Shown: piece by piece, positions 49,665 to 58,650 of the stretch | How positions within the stretch are numbered: the stretch's first letter is position 1 | Layout: each line of letters begins with the position of its first letter | Notes under the pieces: model-generated | Databases searched by the model: none | Seen by the model: only the letters and a program-made list of their open reading frames with translations | Told to the model about the DNA's origin: nothing | NCBI GenBank assembly: GCA_965645245.1 | Contig: OZ287074.1 | Coordinates: 682,001-746,000, forward strand | Direction: 5' to 3' | Source of the DNA: Massalongia carnosa | Taxonomy: Eukaryota | DNA length: 64,000 bases | Translations under genes and position numbers: made by a program

Positions 49665-52630
49665 GTCGCTCTCGAAGACCGACGGAAGGATTTCCTGTGT
49701 CAATTTCGGCTTTTTCCATATCAGAAGACTCGTTAGATGGTAGACATTTCGTCGTATCCATAGAACTCTCTGTAGAAAATCGCGTTTTGCACACACATGC
49801 TTTGATAGATTGCGGTGCTTCTGGCTATGCATTGATTGATTCGTCCTTCGCGCAAAGAAATTCCCTGCCTCTCACCCCCCTTGTCCGCCCTCGCGTCCTC
49901 GAAGTTGTGGACGGCCGACCAGCCGCGGCTGGTATGCTCACACACCTGGCCAAGTTGAAGTTGAACGTCAACGGGCATCACGAGCACGGCTCATTCCTTG
50001 TGACCCAGTTGGGTCACTATCCCGTAGTCCTGGGAGTCAAATGGCTCCAAATTCACAACCCTTTCGTCAGCTGGTCTCGAAATACTCCGACCTTCTCGTC
50101 CTCGTATTGTCGTCTGGAGTGTTTAGAGAATAAACACGTCCCTCTTGTTATTCCTGGCCTTTCTGATCTTTCGGAAGAGTCTCCTCCCCCGGAGTCTGCT
50201 TCCTCAGTGCGTCTTGACCCTCTTGAAATCCGTGAGAACAAGGTCTCTCACGCGAATCCTAAATTCTTGAAAACCACCGAGTTTATTGAACATATCGAGT
50301 TTATTGAACATCCCGAGCCCATGATCCGAGTCCCGAGTTCACGTCTTGAACCCTCGAAAATCACCAAGTTCATTGAACAAGGAATAAGAATGGATCCTCG
50401 CAAAGTTCAAACCATCAAGGACTGGATCACGCCCAAGAATGTTAAAGATATTCAAGCCTTTGTAGGATTCGCGAACTTCTATCGCCGTTTCGTCAAAAAT
50501 TTCTCCGCCATGGCCGCACCCCTGATAAAGCTGACTCGAAAGAGTGTGATCTTTTCTTGGAATCAGGAATGCGAGACCGCATTTCAAAGATTAAAGGACG
50601 CGTTCATGAGCGACCTTGTTCTGATGCATTTTGATCCTGAGAAAAAGATCGTTGTAGAAGTTGACGCCTCGGATTGGGTAGTGGGGGGAGTACTCTCGCA
50701 ACATGACGACGAAGGAATTCTAAGACCTGTGGCATTCTTCTCAAAGAAACACTCACCAGCGGAAGTAAATTATGAGATTTATGATAAAGAGCTTATGGCT
50801 ATCGTTCGTGCCTTTGAGGAATGGAGAGCTGAACTCGAAGGAGCCGCATTTCCAATACAAGTAATTTCCGATCATAAGAATCTGGAATATTTCATGACAA
50901 CGAAGCAATTGAGTACAAGGCAAGCACGCTGGTCCGAATATCTTTCTCGTTTTGATTTTCAGATTGTGTACCGCCCAGGGAAGAGTGGGGGAAAGCCCGA
51001 TGCCCTTACCAGAAGGTCTCAAGACCTACCTGAGGGGGATGATCCACGAGTGAAGATCCAACATCAAACGGTCTTGAAACCTCGAAATCTTGAACTTCTA
51101 GCGAACGGATTAGCAAAGGAATTTTCGGAAGAGAACGATATTGAAGCAGGTTCAGATCAAGAGGAAGTCAAGACCCTGGAAGAACTATGGCAGGAGGCTC
51201 TGAAAAATGATCCTTTCCCTGTCAAGATACTGAACCTGTTGCGGTCAGGAGCAAGGCACTCCAAGGATATCTCGTTAGTGGAATGCACGGAAATCGACGG
51301 TCGATTACACTATCGAGAGAAAATGTTCGTTCCCGACTCTCATGCTTTGAAAATGAGGCTCTGCGAGTCTATTCATGATAGTCCAGTGGCAGGTCACCCC
51401 GGCCGAGCCAAGACCTTTGATCTTTTACAGCGCCACTATTACTGGCCTCGATTTTATCAGTTCGTAGCGAAGTATGTACAGCACTGTCAAGTATGCGCAC
51501 GAAGCAAATCATCTCGTCAAGGGAAAATGGGAGTTCTCAGACCACTGCCCATTCCCGAGCGTCGCTGGCAAGATATCTCAATGGACTTTGTCACTGGACT
51601 GCCGGAAAGCAATGGATTCGACGCCATACTGGTCATGATCGATCGTCTGTCGAAAAGACGTCACTTCTCTCCATGTCTCACCACAATCAATGCTCAAGAA
51701 TTGGCCGAGCTCCTTCTTGGGGATATCTGGAAACTCCATGGACTACCAAGCACCATTGTATCAGATCGAGGAGTGCTTTTCGTGGCGGAGTTTTGGAAAA
51801 AGCTGTGTCAAGGGTTGGGAATCAAGAGTCTTCTGTCGACAGCCTTCCATCCAGAAACAGATGGGCAGATGGAGCGAGTAAACGCCTCCATGGAACAATA
51901 CCTTCGCAGTTACACGGATTATCTTCAGGATGACTGGGCAAATTGGTTGCCCATGGCGGAATTTACAGGAAACAATGTCGTGTCCGAAACGACTGGGTGC
52001 AGCCCTTTTCTTGCGGAGATGGGATACCACCCGCGTATGGGCTTTGAATCAATGGAACCCTCCAGGTCCCCGGCCAGTTTGAACGCAGGAGAATTCGCCA
52101 AGAAAATGCAAGATATCACGATCGTGCTGCAAGAGGAAATGAGATTCGCGCAAGCACGATACGAAGCAGGGGCCAACGAACATCGCGTGCCAGCACCGGT
52201 TTATCAAGTAGGAGACGCACTATGGCTAAGCATAAAAAACATACGTACCCAACGACCCGCTCGAAAGCTCGATTGGAAGAATCTAGGCCCATTCAAGATA
52301 TCTAAGGTGGTAAGCAAGTATGCGTATCGACTCGATCTCCCCATCGGCATGAAGATTCATCCCGTGTTTCATGTATCTCTTCTCTCGCCCGTGCCTCAAG
52401 ATTCTCACCCTGATCACGTTCCACCTCCTCCTCCACCAGTCGAAGTTGACGGCGAAGAGGAGTATGAAGTGGAGGATATCCTCAATTCCAAGAAGTTCCG
52501 GAATCACTTGAAGTATCTGGTGCAGTGGATCGGTTGGAACGACCCCACCTGGGAGTACGCAGAGTACCTCATCAATGCCAACGAAAGAGTAGCAGACTTT
52601 CACCGACGATATCCAGAAAAGCCCCGTTAA
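49640..52630 (+). CDS. Gypsy Pol in the -1 frame: protease, RT connection, RNase H, integrase, chromodomain; RT catalytic core absent
   Basis: ALIDCGAS; no YxDD; GIRMDP..W..P; VDASD, YEIYDKEL, SDHKNL; HDSPVAGH..CQVC, SMDF, SDRG, HPETDGQMER; YEVEDIL..YLVQWIGW..TWE. Slippery site G GAA AAC at 49640. Confidence 0.92.
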   Translation, partial: GKRSAFELSRSRRPTEGFPVSISAFSISEDSLDGRHFVVSIELSVENRVLHTHALIDCGASGYALIDSSFAQRNSLPLTPLVRPRVLEVVDGRPAAAGMLTHLAKLKLNVNGHHEHGSFLVTQLGHYPVVLGVKWLQIHNPFVSWSRNTPTFSSSYCRLECLENKHVPLVIPGLSDLSEESPPPESASSVRLDPLEIRENKVSHANPKFLKTTEFIEHIEFIEHPEPMIRVPSSRLEPSKITKFIEQGIRMDPRKVQTIKDWITPKNVKDIQAFVGFANFYRRFVKNFSAMAAPLIKLTRKSVIFSWNQECETAFQRLKDAFMSDLVLMHFDPEKKIVVEVDASDWVVGGVLSQHDDEGILRPVAFFSKKHSPAEVNYEIYDKELMAIVRAFEEWRAELEGAAFPIQVISDHKNLEYFMTTKQLSTRQARWSEYLSRFDFQIVYRPGKSGGKPDALTRRSQDLPEGDDPRVKIQHQTVLKPRNLELLANGLAKEFSEENDIEAGSDQEEVKTLEELWQEALKNDPFPVKILNLLRSGARHSKDISLVECTEIDGRLHYREKMFVPDSHALKMRLCESIHDSPVAGHPGRAKTFDLLQRHYYWPRFYQFVAKYVQHCQVCARSKSSRQGKMGVLRPLPIPERRWQDISMDFVTGLPESNGFDAILVMIDRLSKRRHFSPCLTTINAQELAELLLGDIWKLHGLPSTIVSDRGVLFVAEFWKKLCQGLGIKSLLSTAFHPETDGQMERVNASMEQYLRSYTDYLQDDWANWLPMAEFTGNNVVSETTGCSPFLAEMGYHPRMGFESMEPSRSPASLNAGEFAKKMQDITIVLQEEMRFAQARYEAGANEHRVPAPVYQVGDALWLSIKNIRTQRPARKLDWKNLGPFKISKVVSKYAYRLDLPIGMKIHPVFHVSLLSPVPQDSHPDHVPPPPPPVEVDGEEEYEVEDILNSKKFRNHLKYLVQWIGWNDPTWEYAEYLINANERVADFHRRYPEKPR

Positions 52631-53018
52631 CTCACACCAACCATGAAGCAATTATGCCTGCGTGGAATCAGGCCTGAAGGAGGGAGCTACTGTCATGGTG
52701 CGAATAAGGATAATCTAGGAAGGTACAGAGTAGTCACAAGAAGGTTGCTAAGCGAGATTTTGAGTCGCGGCAGGTAACGTATTGGGTTTAGCGGGAAGCT
52801 AACCTCATCAAGGTTAGTAAAATCTCTGCAGCTTTCTTCTTTGTGTTCGTCTTGTTTATTTAGCACAGCTATTAGCTAGCCATCAAGACCATCATCACCA
52901 CCACTTGGGTAGGTCTTCTATTGCCCACCCGTTACTCATGATTTGTAGATTATAGACAAGCTTAAAGACGTTACAGATCAAAATAAAGAAGAGTATTGTC
53001 AATTTCGATGAGGCAGGC

Positions 53019-53269
53019 TGTCACGATTCTACACAGCACGACCTCGGCACTCGGCACCGCCTAGGGCAATCGTAGATGGAACACGCAGGCGCTTTCGATT
53101 TCGTTCCCGCAGCTGCTAGAAGGTTCCATGACGACTATACCACATGGGTACTAGCGCAGTAGAGGATATATAGGGGCAGGTTCTGGTTGTCGATTGTCTT
53201 TTTCCTTCTTGATCTTGATTGTATTCGTTTCTAGTGTCCCTATGACTTGTCTCTAGGTAGATCATAACA
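53019..53269. mobile_element. Solo LTR A (251 bp)
   Basis: Termini TGTCACGAT...ATCATAACA; 5-bp TSD CAGGC (53014-53018, 53270-53274). Removing it restores transposase NFDEAG-FRV. Confidence 0.9.
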
Positions 53270-53484
53270 CAGGCTTTCGTGTTGAGTGTATGAAAGAGCA
53301 TCAAATTCTGACACTCACAGACGTATTAGAAGTTAGATTTTATATTCTTAGTCATTTATTCAGCAAGTTAAATATATATTTTAGTTCTATGCGATAAGTC
53401 CTGAAAATCGTAAATCTCTCACGATATTTGAATGCATCAATGCAGCGAGCGATTATTCTTCATCACCTTTAATTCTTATACAAG

Positions 53485-53772
53485 TGTCACGGTACTGCCT
53501 CGCTAGCACCCGAATCGAGTCACGGCGCTAAGTACGGCCGTTGAATACTAAGCCTTTTCATTGAACTTGCTAAGCGAGAGCTAGGGCTTGAATGATAAGC
53601 GAGGGCTAGGCTCAGCATGGTTAGCGCGATCAACGGAGAGATTATATCTTTGCTTTCGCTTTTGAGATTTTCTTTCTTCCTTGTCGAACGTCTTGTAAAT
53701 ATCCGATAGCCTACCTATATAGCAAAGACTTCGTACCACATGATCTTATCTCACCGAGTCCGTCTCGTCACA
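53485..53772. mobile_element. Solo LTR B (288 bp)
   Basis: Termini TGTCACG...CGTCACA; TSD ACAAG (53480-53484, 53773-53777). Removing it restores ILIQ-GHEIM. Confidence 0.9.
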
Positions 53773-54721
53773 ACAAGGACATGAAATCATGATGAACTGA
53801 TTTTCAAAAGAACTGTCAAAGGGAACTCGAATTATTTCTTCAGAAAACGGATTTATCTTTGACAAGATAGCACAGATGTTTCTTCAGCATTATATTGATC
53901 ATTCAGACTCTGAATCAGAAGCAGACTGAAAAATAATGCTCATGAATAATCATGACAGTCATTGTACTTCTGAGTTCATAGCTCTTGCTAATATAAATCA
54001 CATTCGTTCTTATTCACTTATACCGCATTTTACACACTGTATGCAGTCGCTTGATGTTGGAGTGTTTCAACCTTCTAAACACTGACATGATATGACAATT
54101 TAAGATGCTTTACTGGAATTCAATGTTGGGTATACATTACAGCGATTTCTTGCGGATTTTACTAAGATACGTGATAATACTTTCAAGAATTGTATTATTC
54201 GAAGTACTTTTGAGAAATCAGGAATGTGGCCTGTTAATGCTAAAAACTGCATCTCACTGCTTAAAACTTTCAAGCCGTCTGATGCTCAAGAAAAGCTACA
54301 CAATAAAGAAAAAGAGCCTACTCTTCCAATCTTGCCTCATATTCAGTCAACATCTTCAATGAATGTTGAAATAGGACTTCAAACATGCCAGAAGAAAATT
54401 CAACAAGAAATGTTGTGGAGTGATCCGGCTCGCTCAAAGCAATTTGAGTCGTTTTTTAATGATACAAAAATCGTTTGTACACAAGCTACGTTTGATGATG
54501 TATTCATACTCCGATATGTCACCGACCGTAGGGCGGCCCATGCGGGCAAAGCTATCTAAGTTATGTTACATGGAAAACCTTTTTCAGGTGTAAAAACCAT
54601 ATCCCTTGATACCTGTCCGATGTGACACTGGGTCGACGTCGGACAGGAGACGCAGAGCGAAAATCATGTGAGAACTATGACGCCTTGTGAGATAAGAAGG
54701 AAAAGAGAAGTGAGACTACTG

Positions 54722-56163
54722 TTAATCGTACAATAGTGTAGATGCCAGTGAGAATTGGGTCAGTAGACCTGTTTTCATTAGCCAAGTAGTTAATATCTTT
54801 AGAGTTTTTGATGTTTCGGTCAGCTGTTGATAGTTATTCGTGCCAGCGGCGCGAAACATCTGTTCTCTATTGTCAATAAGTCTATAGAACATAATTACGT
54901 GTTCTGGAGTTTGTCTGTGCCAGCCACATGGGCAGGCCGGTGAGGTGACGGCGGGGACCCGTCGCTGGTAGAGGAAGTCAGCTAGACCGATCTTACCGGT
55001 GCGGATCTGTATTGTCAGGGCGCTTTCTGCCTTTTTTAGCAGCGTGTGTATTTTCAGTCGTTTTTTGCTCAGTGGGACTGATTGCGCTATGGGGGGTTCG
55101 GTGACGCGATTTTGATATGCGCTCCACGAGTCGTTCCAGGCTTTCAGCTGTCGTGCTTTAATTGTCTGCATTTGTTTTTGACGAGCCAACGCTGCTACGG
55201 AGACTTCGCGGAGATGCGCTGAGGGGTCGGACCATGGTAGGTTGTGCTTTGGGTGGTTGAACGATTTTTGCGTCGATCAGTAGGTTTTTGGCCCAGATGT
55301 GCTTCAGCTCTCCCGGAGTGGATTTTTGAAGGCGTTTGCGACCTGCCTTGCCTTGGAGTTTGTTAACTATTTTGCTGCATGCGGAGAAAATGACCTTCGA
55401 TTGACCTCCGGCTCGGAGTCGATGTCTGGCCTGCGCCTGTAGCGTGTCGAGGTATACATCTATGGGTGCTATGTAAGTCTCTGCTTCAAGAACTAGAATG
55501 GGAGTGGCTTTAAAGGCACCGGCTATGGTGCGAAGGCAGTTGTTTTGCATAACGGAGAGCTTGCTCGTTGACGTTTTTGACTTTTTGACTTCTTTGGGCA
55601 TGTGCCATACGGTTGACCCGTATGTCATGACCGGACGCACTACGGCGCTGTAAACTTGCCTTGCTTTGGTGAAGGTGGCATCCTAAGTCGATGTGGAGAT
55701 TTTGTTAATGCTATGGATTGTTTAACCATTTTCTTTTGCGTTTTGCGAACGTGCGGTCTCCATTTCAATTTGGTGTCAATTTGCAAGCCCAAGACTCTAA
55801 TGCCCGTTTTTGGTTCAATTTCGGTGCTTGCAATTTTGATAGATGCAGCCATATTGAATCTTTTGGGATTTCTAGACAAGTGAATGAGTTCGTACTTCGT
55901 CGGAGCGAATAGAGATCCGTGTCGGGAAGCCCACTTTTCGCATTGTCTGTGTATTGACTCCAGAGTCTTGCAATTCTCTTCGGTGCTTTTTCCGTATGCC
56001 AAAATATTGGCATCGTCTACAAATCCTATGGCACTTGTGTTTGTGCCTGGTCGCTCACATATTTCCAATAGGTCTGCATTATAGAATAGATAAAGGATGG
56101 ATGAGAGAGGGGAGCCCTGTGGTATACCAGTTCTCACCGCGAATCGTCCAGTCGCTTTTCGAT
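54722..56163 (-). pseudogene. Tad1-like LINE ORF2 remnant (RT domains 4-7, thumb, C-terminal zinc finger), frameshifted
   Basis: TGIPQGSPLSSILYLFYNADL, GFVDD, KYELIH, LGLQIDTKLKW, VMTYGSTVW, IAGAFKATP, QIRTGKIGL..FL, CPCG..QTPEHV. Confidence 0.92.
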
Positions 56164-56967
56164 CTAAGAATGATAAAATAGAGTTGACATCTCCTTCGTG
56201 AAGTCTATATCCCAGTTTTCGTTCATCTCACTGGTGCGTTTTACGGCCCAAGACTATTGATGAATTCTACGATTGGGGTGAACGACGTCCCTTTCGCCCA
56301 GGTCAAACCCAGTTTACTCCTTAAGCATATATCAAGGGCAAGTCTAGCCGTAGCCCATGCGCCGGCGAACCGACGGGGTCTCGTTACGAGCGAGATAGAC
56401 ATTCCTTGCTCTATATACACAGACATGCGCATACTGTCCTCTCGGTCTATGCAGACGGTCTCCGTACGGTGGCCGCCATTGCATACCACGCCTCACGGGT
56501 TTTTTACGCCCACTTCGCGTTATTCACAAAGGTCTCCCGTTTATGAACCGACCATGGCTCGCAGGGATATCGACCACTGTGCTCCTGACCAGGCAGTATA
56601 GTATCGATTTTCCGTCCCTACTAACCAAAACGAGTCGAGGACAACTCGGAGGGGTGCTCGTTTGAAATTCGTCTATTAGCTCAGGGCCTAGACTGTTATC
56701 AATTAACGGGTTCCTCGTACATTGCCCTCTTCTTGTCCCAAGGGTGTCCTATTTGATGACTAGGTTGCCTCCACCATCCCCGGTACGACTCCGGTTCGGG
56801 CCGTGTTGCTCACGGTAGCCATCAATCTGATGGTTTTCATAACCCAAATCCCTTGTATCGTGTAGGGTGTGACCCTACACTATGTGTCTATATGTTTTAT
56901 TTCTTTCAGCCGGAGGGCTCCGTGTTGTAGACGAAGGAGACCCGTGTGATAGACATAGCTGACCCGT

Positions 56968-57728
56968 GTCGTACGTCTCTAGCTCTCAGCCGATGACTGC
57001 ATGAAAGGACTTGAACCTTTAAGAGTATGACCGAACGTTGTTAACGAGGTCTATGAAAATCTTATTAACGAGGTCTTCGAGAACAATAGTAACGAAGTTC
57101 CGCTGAACTCTTTTCATTCGTTTTGTGATCCATCGAGGTCTACCCGTGTCAAATCCACACCATGCCCATGTCAAAATGCATTATTTTCAGCTGATGACTG
57201 CTAGAAAGGACTTGCACCTCTAAAATATGTACTCCGATATTAACGGGATGCAGATCTGCCTTAACGAGCCCCCGCAGAACCCCCTACATAGGGACGTGTT
57301 ATTGATTTGTGGCTGTGTGTTTTGTGACTATGTGTTTTACGACTGTGTGTTTTGTGACTGTGTGTTTTGTGACTGTGTGTTTATGACTGTGTGTTTGATG
57401 ACTGTGTGCTTTGTGGTTTATGACTATGTGCTTTGTGACTGTGTTTTGTGACTCTGTGCTTTCCTCGATTTTATTTAATAGGCCGGGCCTGTTAACTGAG
57501 ATATTTTTATTCCGCTCCGTGATGGAGTTTTCTTTAGGTGGCAACATTCGCCTCGGTGCCTGTACGCGTTCTGTTGATTCCAGCTGATGACTGCATGGGG
57601 AGACTTGAACTCTCAGGAGCTAGAACGCGTGTCGACTGTGCCCGGGTGGGAGGTGATGCGGCTCCTTTGGTCCACATCTTCTTCCAGCTGATGACTGCAT
57701 GAAGGGACTTGAGCCCTTAGAAGCATGG
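56968..57728. ncRNA. Four dispersed copies of a candidate structured RNA motif, function unknown
   Basis: Core CAGCYGATGACTGCWWG-stem-ACTTGMR-stem at 56987, 57188, 57581 and 57685. The stems vary in sequence but mostly keep pairing. Confidence 0.55.
57306..57462. repeat. ~15-bp minisatellite (GACTGTGTGTTTTGT)n, ~10 degenerate copies
   Basis: Seen directly, inside the LINE chimera. Confidence 0.9.
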
Positions 57729-58650
57729 TGCAGGGACGCGCGCATGCGACCCCCCGGCGGTTGGCCTTCGAATCCTCTTCCGTACGTACGTCTGCGACGC
57801 GTGTGAACGCGTTAAATTAGCATTGTTTTGATGCGAAGAGATGGGAGCAAATCTATATGTTTGACGGTCGCCCCACGGTGAGGCCTTTGGCGTCTCCATG
57901 GTGAGGACCGATGGTGTAGAAGGAGGACCGATGGTGTAGAAGGAGGAGGACCGATCACAAGCTACGTTTAATGATATTCAATTATTTATATATCAGAAAA
58001 GAAGAGAAGATGACTTAAAACAGAAATCTATCTTTCGTAAGCGATTACGAACCTTAGGTTCAGGATTAGGGCTTACTAAAGAGAATGCTGAGAAGATGAT
58101 TGCAGCAAAGGAAAAACAAGCTAAAGAAACAGAAGCAAAGAAGCAGCATCAGACATGAATGGAGATTTGGCGTATGAAAAGAGACGTCAAATATGCCGAA
58201 GGATTGATTGCTCGAAAGCAAGAAAGAAATCGTTTACGACAAACTAAATTGCTTTCAAAACAAGATCTTGCTATTTCCTCCGAGCATCTTATTCCTATTC
58301 CCGATCCCGAAGCAATTTGGAAGGCAACAGATGTTACTTGACAAGAAGAAGAGAGAAAGAAAGCGAAAAAGACTAAATCTCAAGTATATAATGAAGATGA
58401 AGATGAGGCGGAGACAACATTCATCACAGATGTTACAGGTGATTCTTCTTTGCAAAGAGATTTTCTGCGTTTTGATGAAGACGATATTGATGAAGGCCTG
58501 CTGGGTCAGAAACCTCTACGTGGTGCAGGCTATCAACACCTCCTCGGAGGTGGCCAATATCTGATCATCGCCAAGGCTGAAGCCCACCTCGGTGGCCGTT
58601 TGAATGATCAACGTCTCTACTGATCATTCACCACTTCGAAGGCATACAAA

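Larger units (their letters stand above)
48170..52936 (+). mobile_element. Ty3/Gypsy chromovirus lacking the RT core; 5' LTR truncated
   Basis: Partial 5' LTR 48170-48372; 3' LTR 52691-52936 (TGTCA...) after purine tract GAAGGAGGGAG; gag and pol ORFs lie between. No TSD recoverable. Confidence 0.93.
54500..57955 (-). mobile_element. Non-LTR retro-insertion: 3' part of a Tad1-like LINE fused to ~1.8 kb of non-coding sequence
   Basis: 20-bp TSD CACAAGCTACGTTT(G/A)ATGAT at 54480-54499 and 57956-57975; the pogo reading frame continues across it. Confidence 0.88.
47558..58497 (+). mobile_element. Degenerate pogo/Fot1-like (DDE_1) DNA transposon interrupted by four insertions
   Basis: ATG at 47729 with an HTH/CENPB-like N-terminus (AAQIFKIRPTTLY; RGGQNKIL). 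Fragments rejoin across the inserts: VNFDEAG|FRV, SPENRKSLTIFECINAA, LIQ|GHEIM, SENGF, LMNNHDSH, PHFTHCMQSLDVGVF, FEKSGMWPVN, TQATF|NDIQ. Many stops; element ends are uncertain. Confidence 0.88.

Noticed and set aside
56257..56601. Inverted LINE coding segment (twin priming) as the origin of the chimera leader
   Set aside because: The plus-strand ORFs show no recognisable endonuclease, RT or gag motifs.
57541..57680. HDV-like ribozyme on the minus strand (GCAUCACCUCCCAC...GGCGAAUGUUGC)
   Set aside because: P1 and P3 do not pair properly and the GG needed for P1.1 is missing; the segment folds better as a simple long hairpin. An Infernal scan would settle it.
56987..57718. Hammerhead ribozymes suggested by the repeated CTGATGA
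   Set aside because: GAAA follows in only two of four copies, stem II cannot form between CUGAUGA and GAAA, and no consistent stem I or UH cleavage site exists.
56987..57718. tRNA genes suggested by GGTTCAAGTCC
   Set aside because: No A-box or D-arm, anticodon arm or 7-bp acceptor stem at tRNA spacing.
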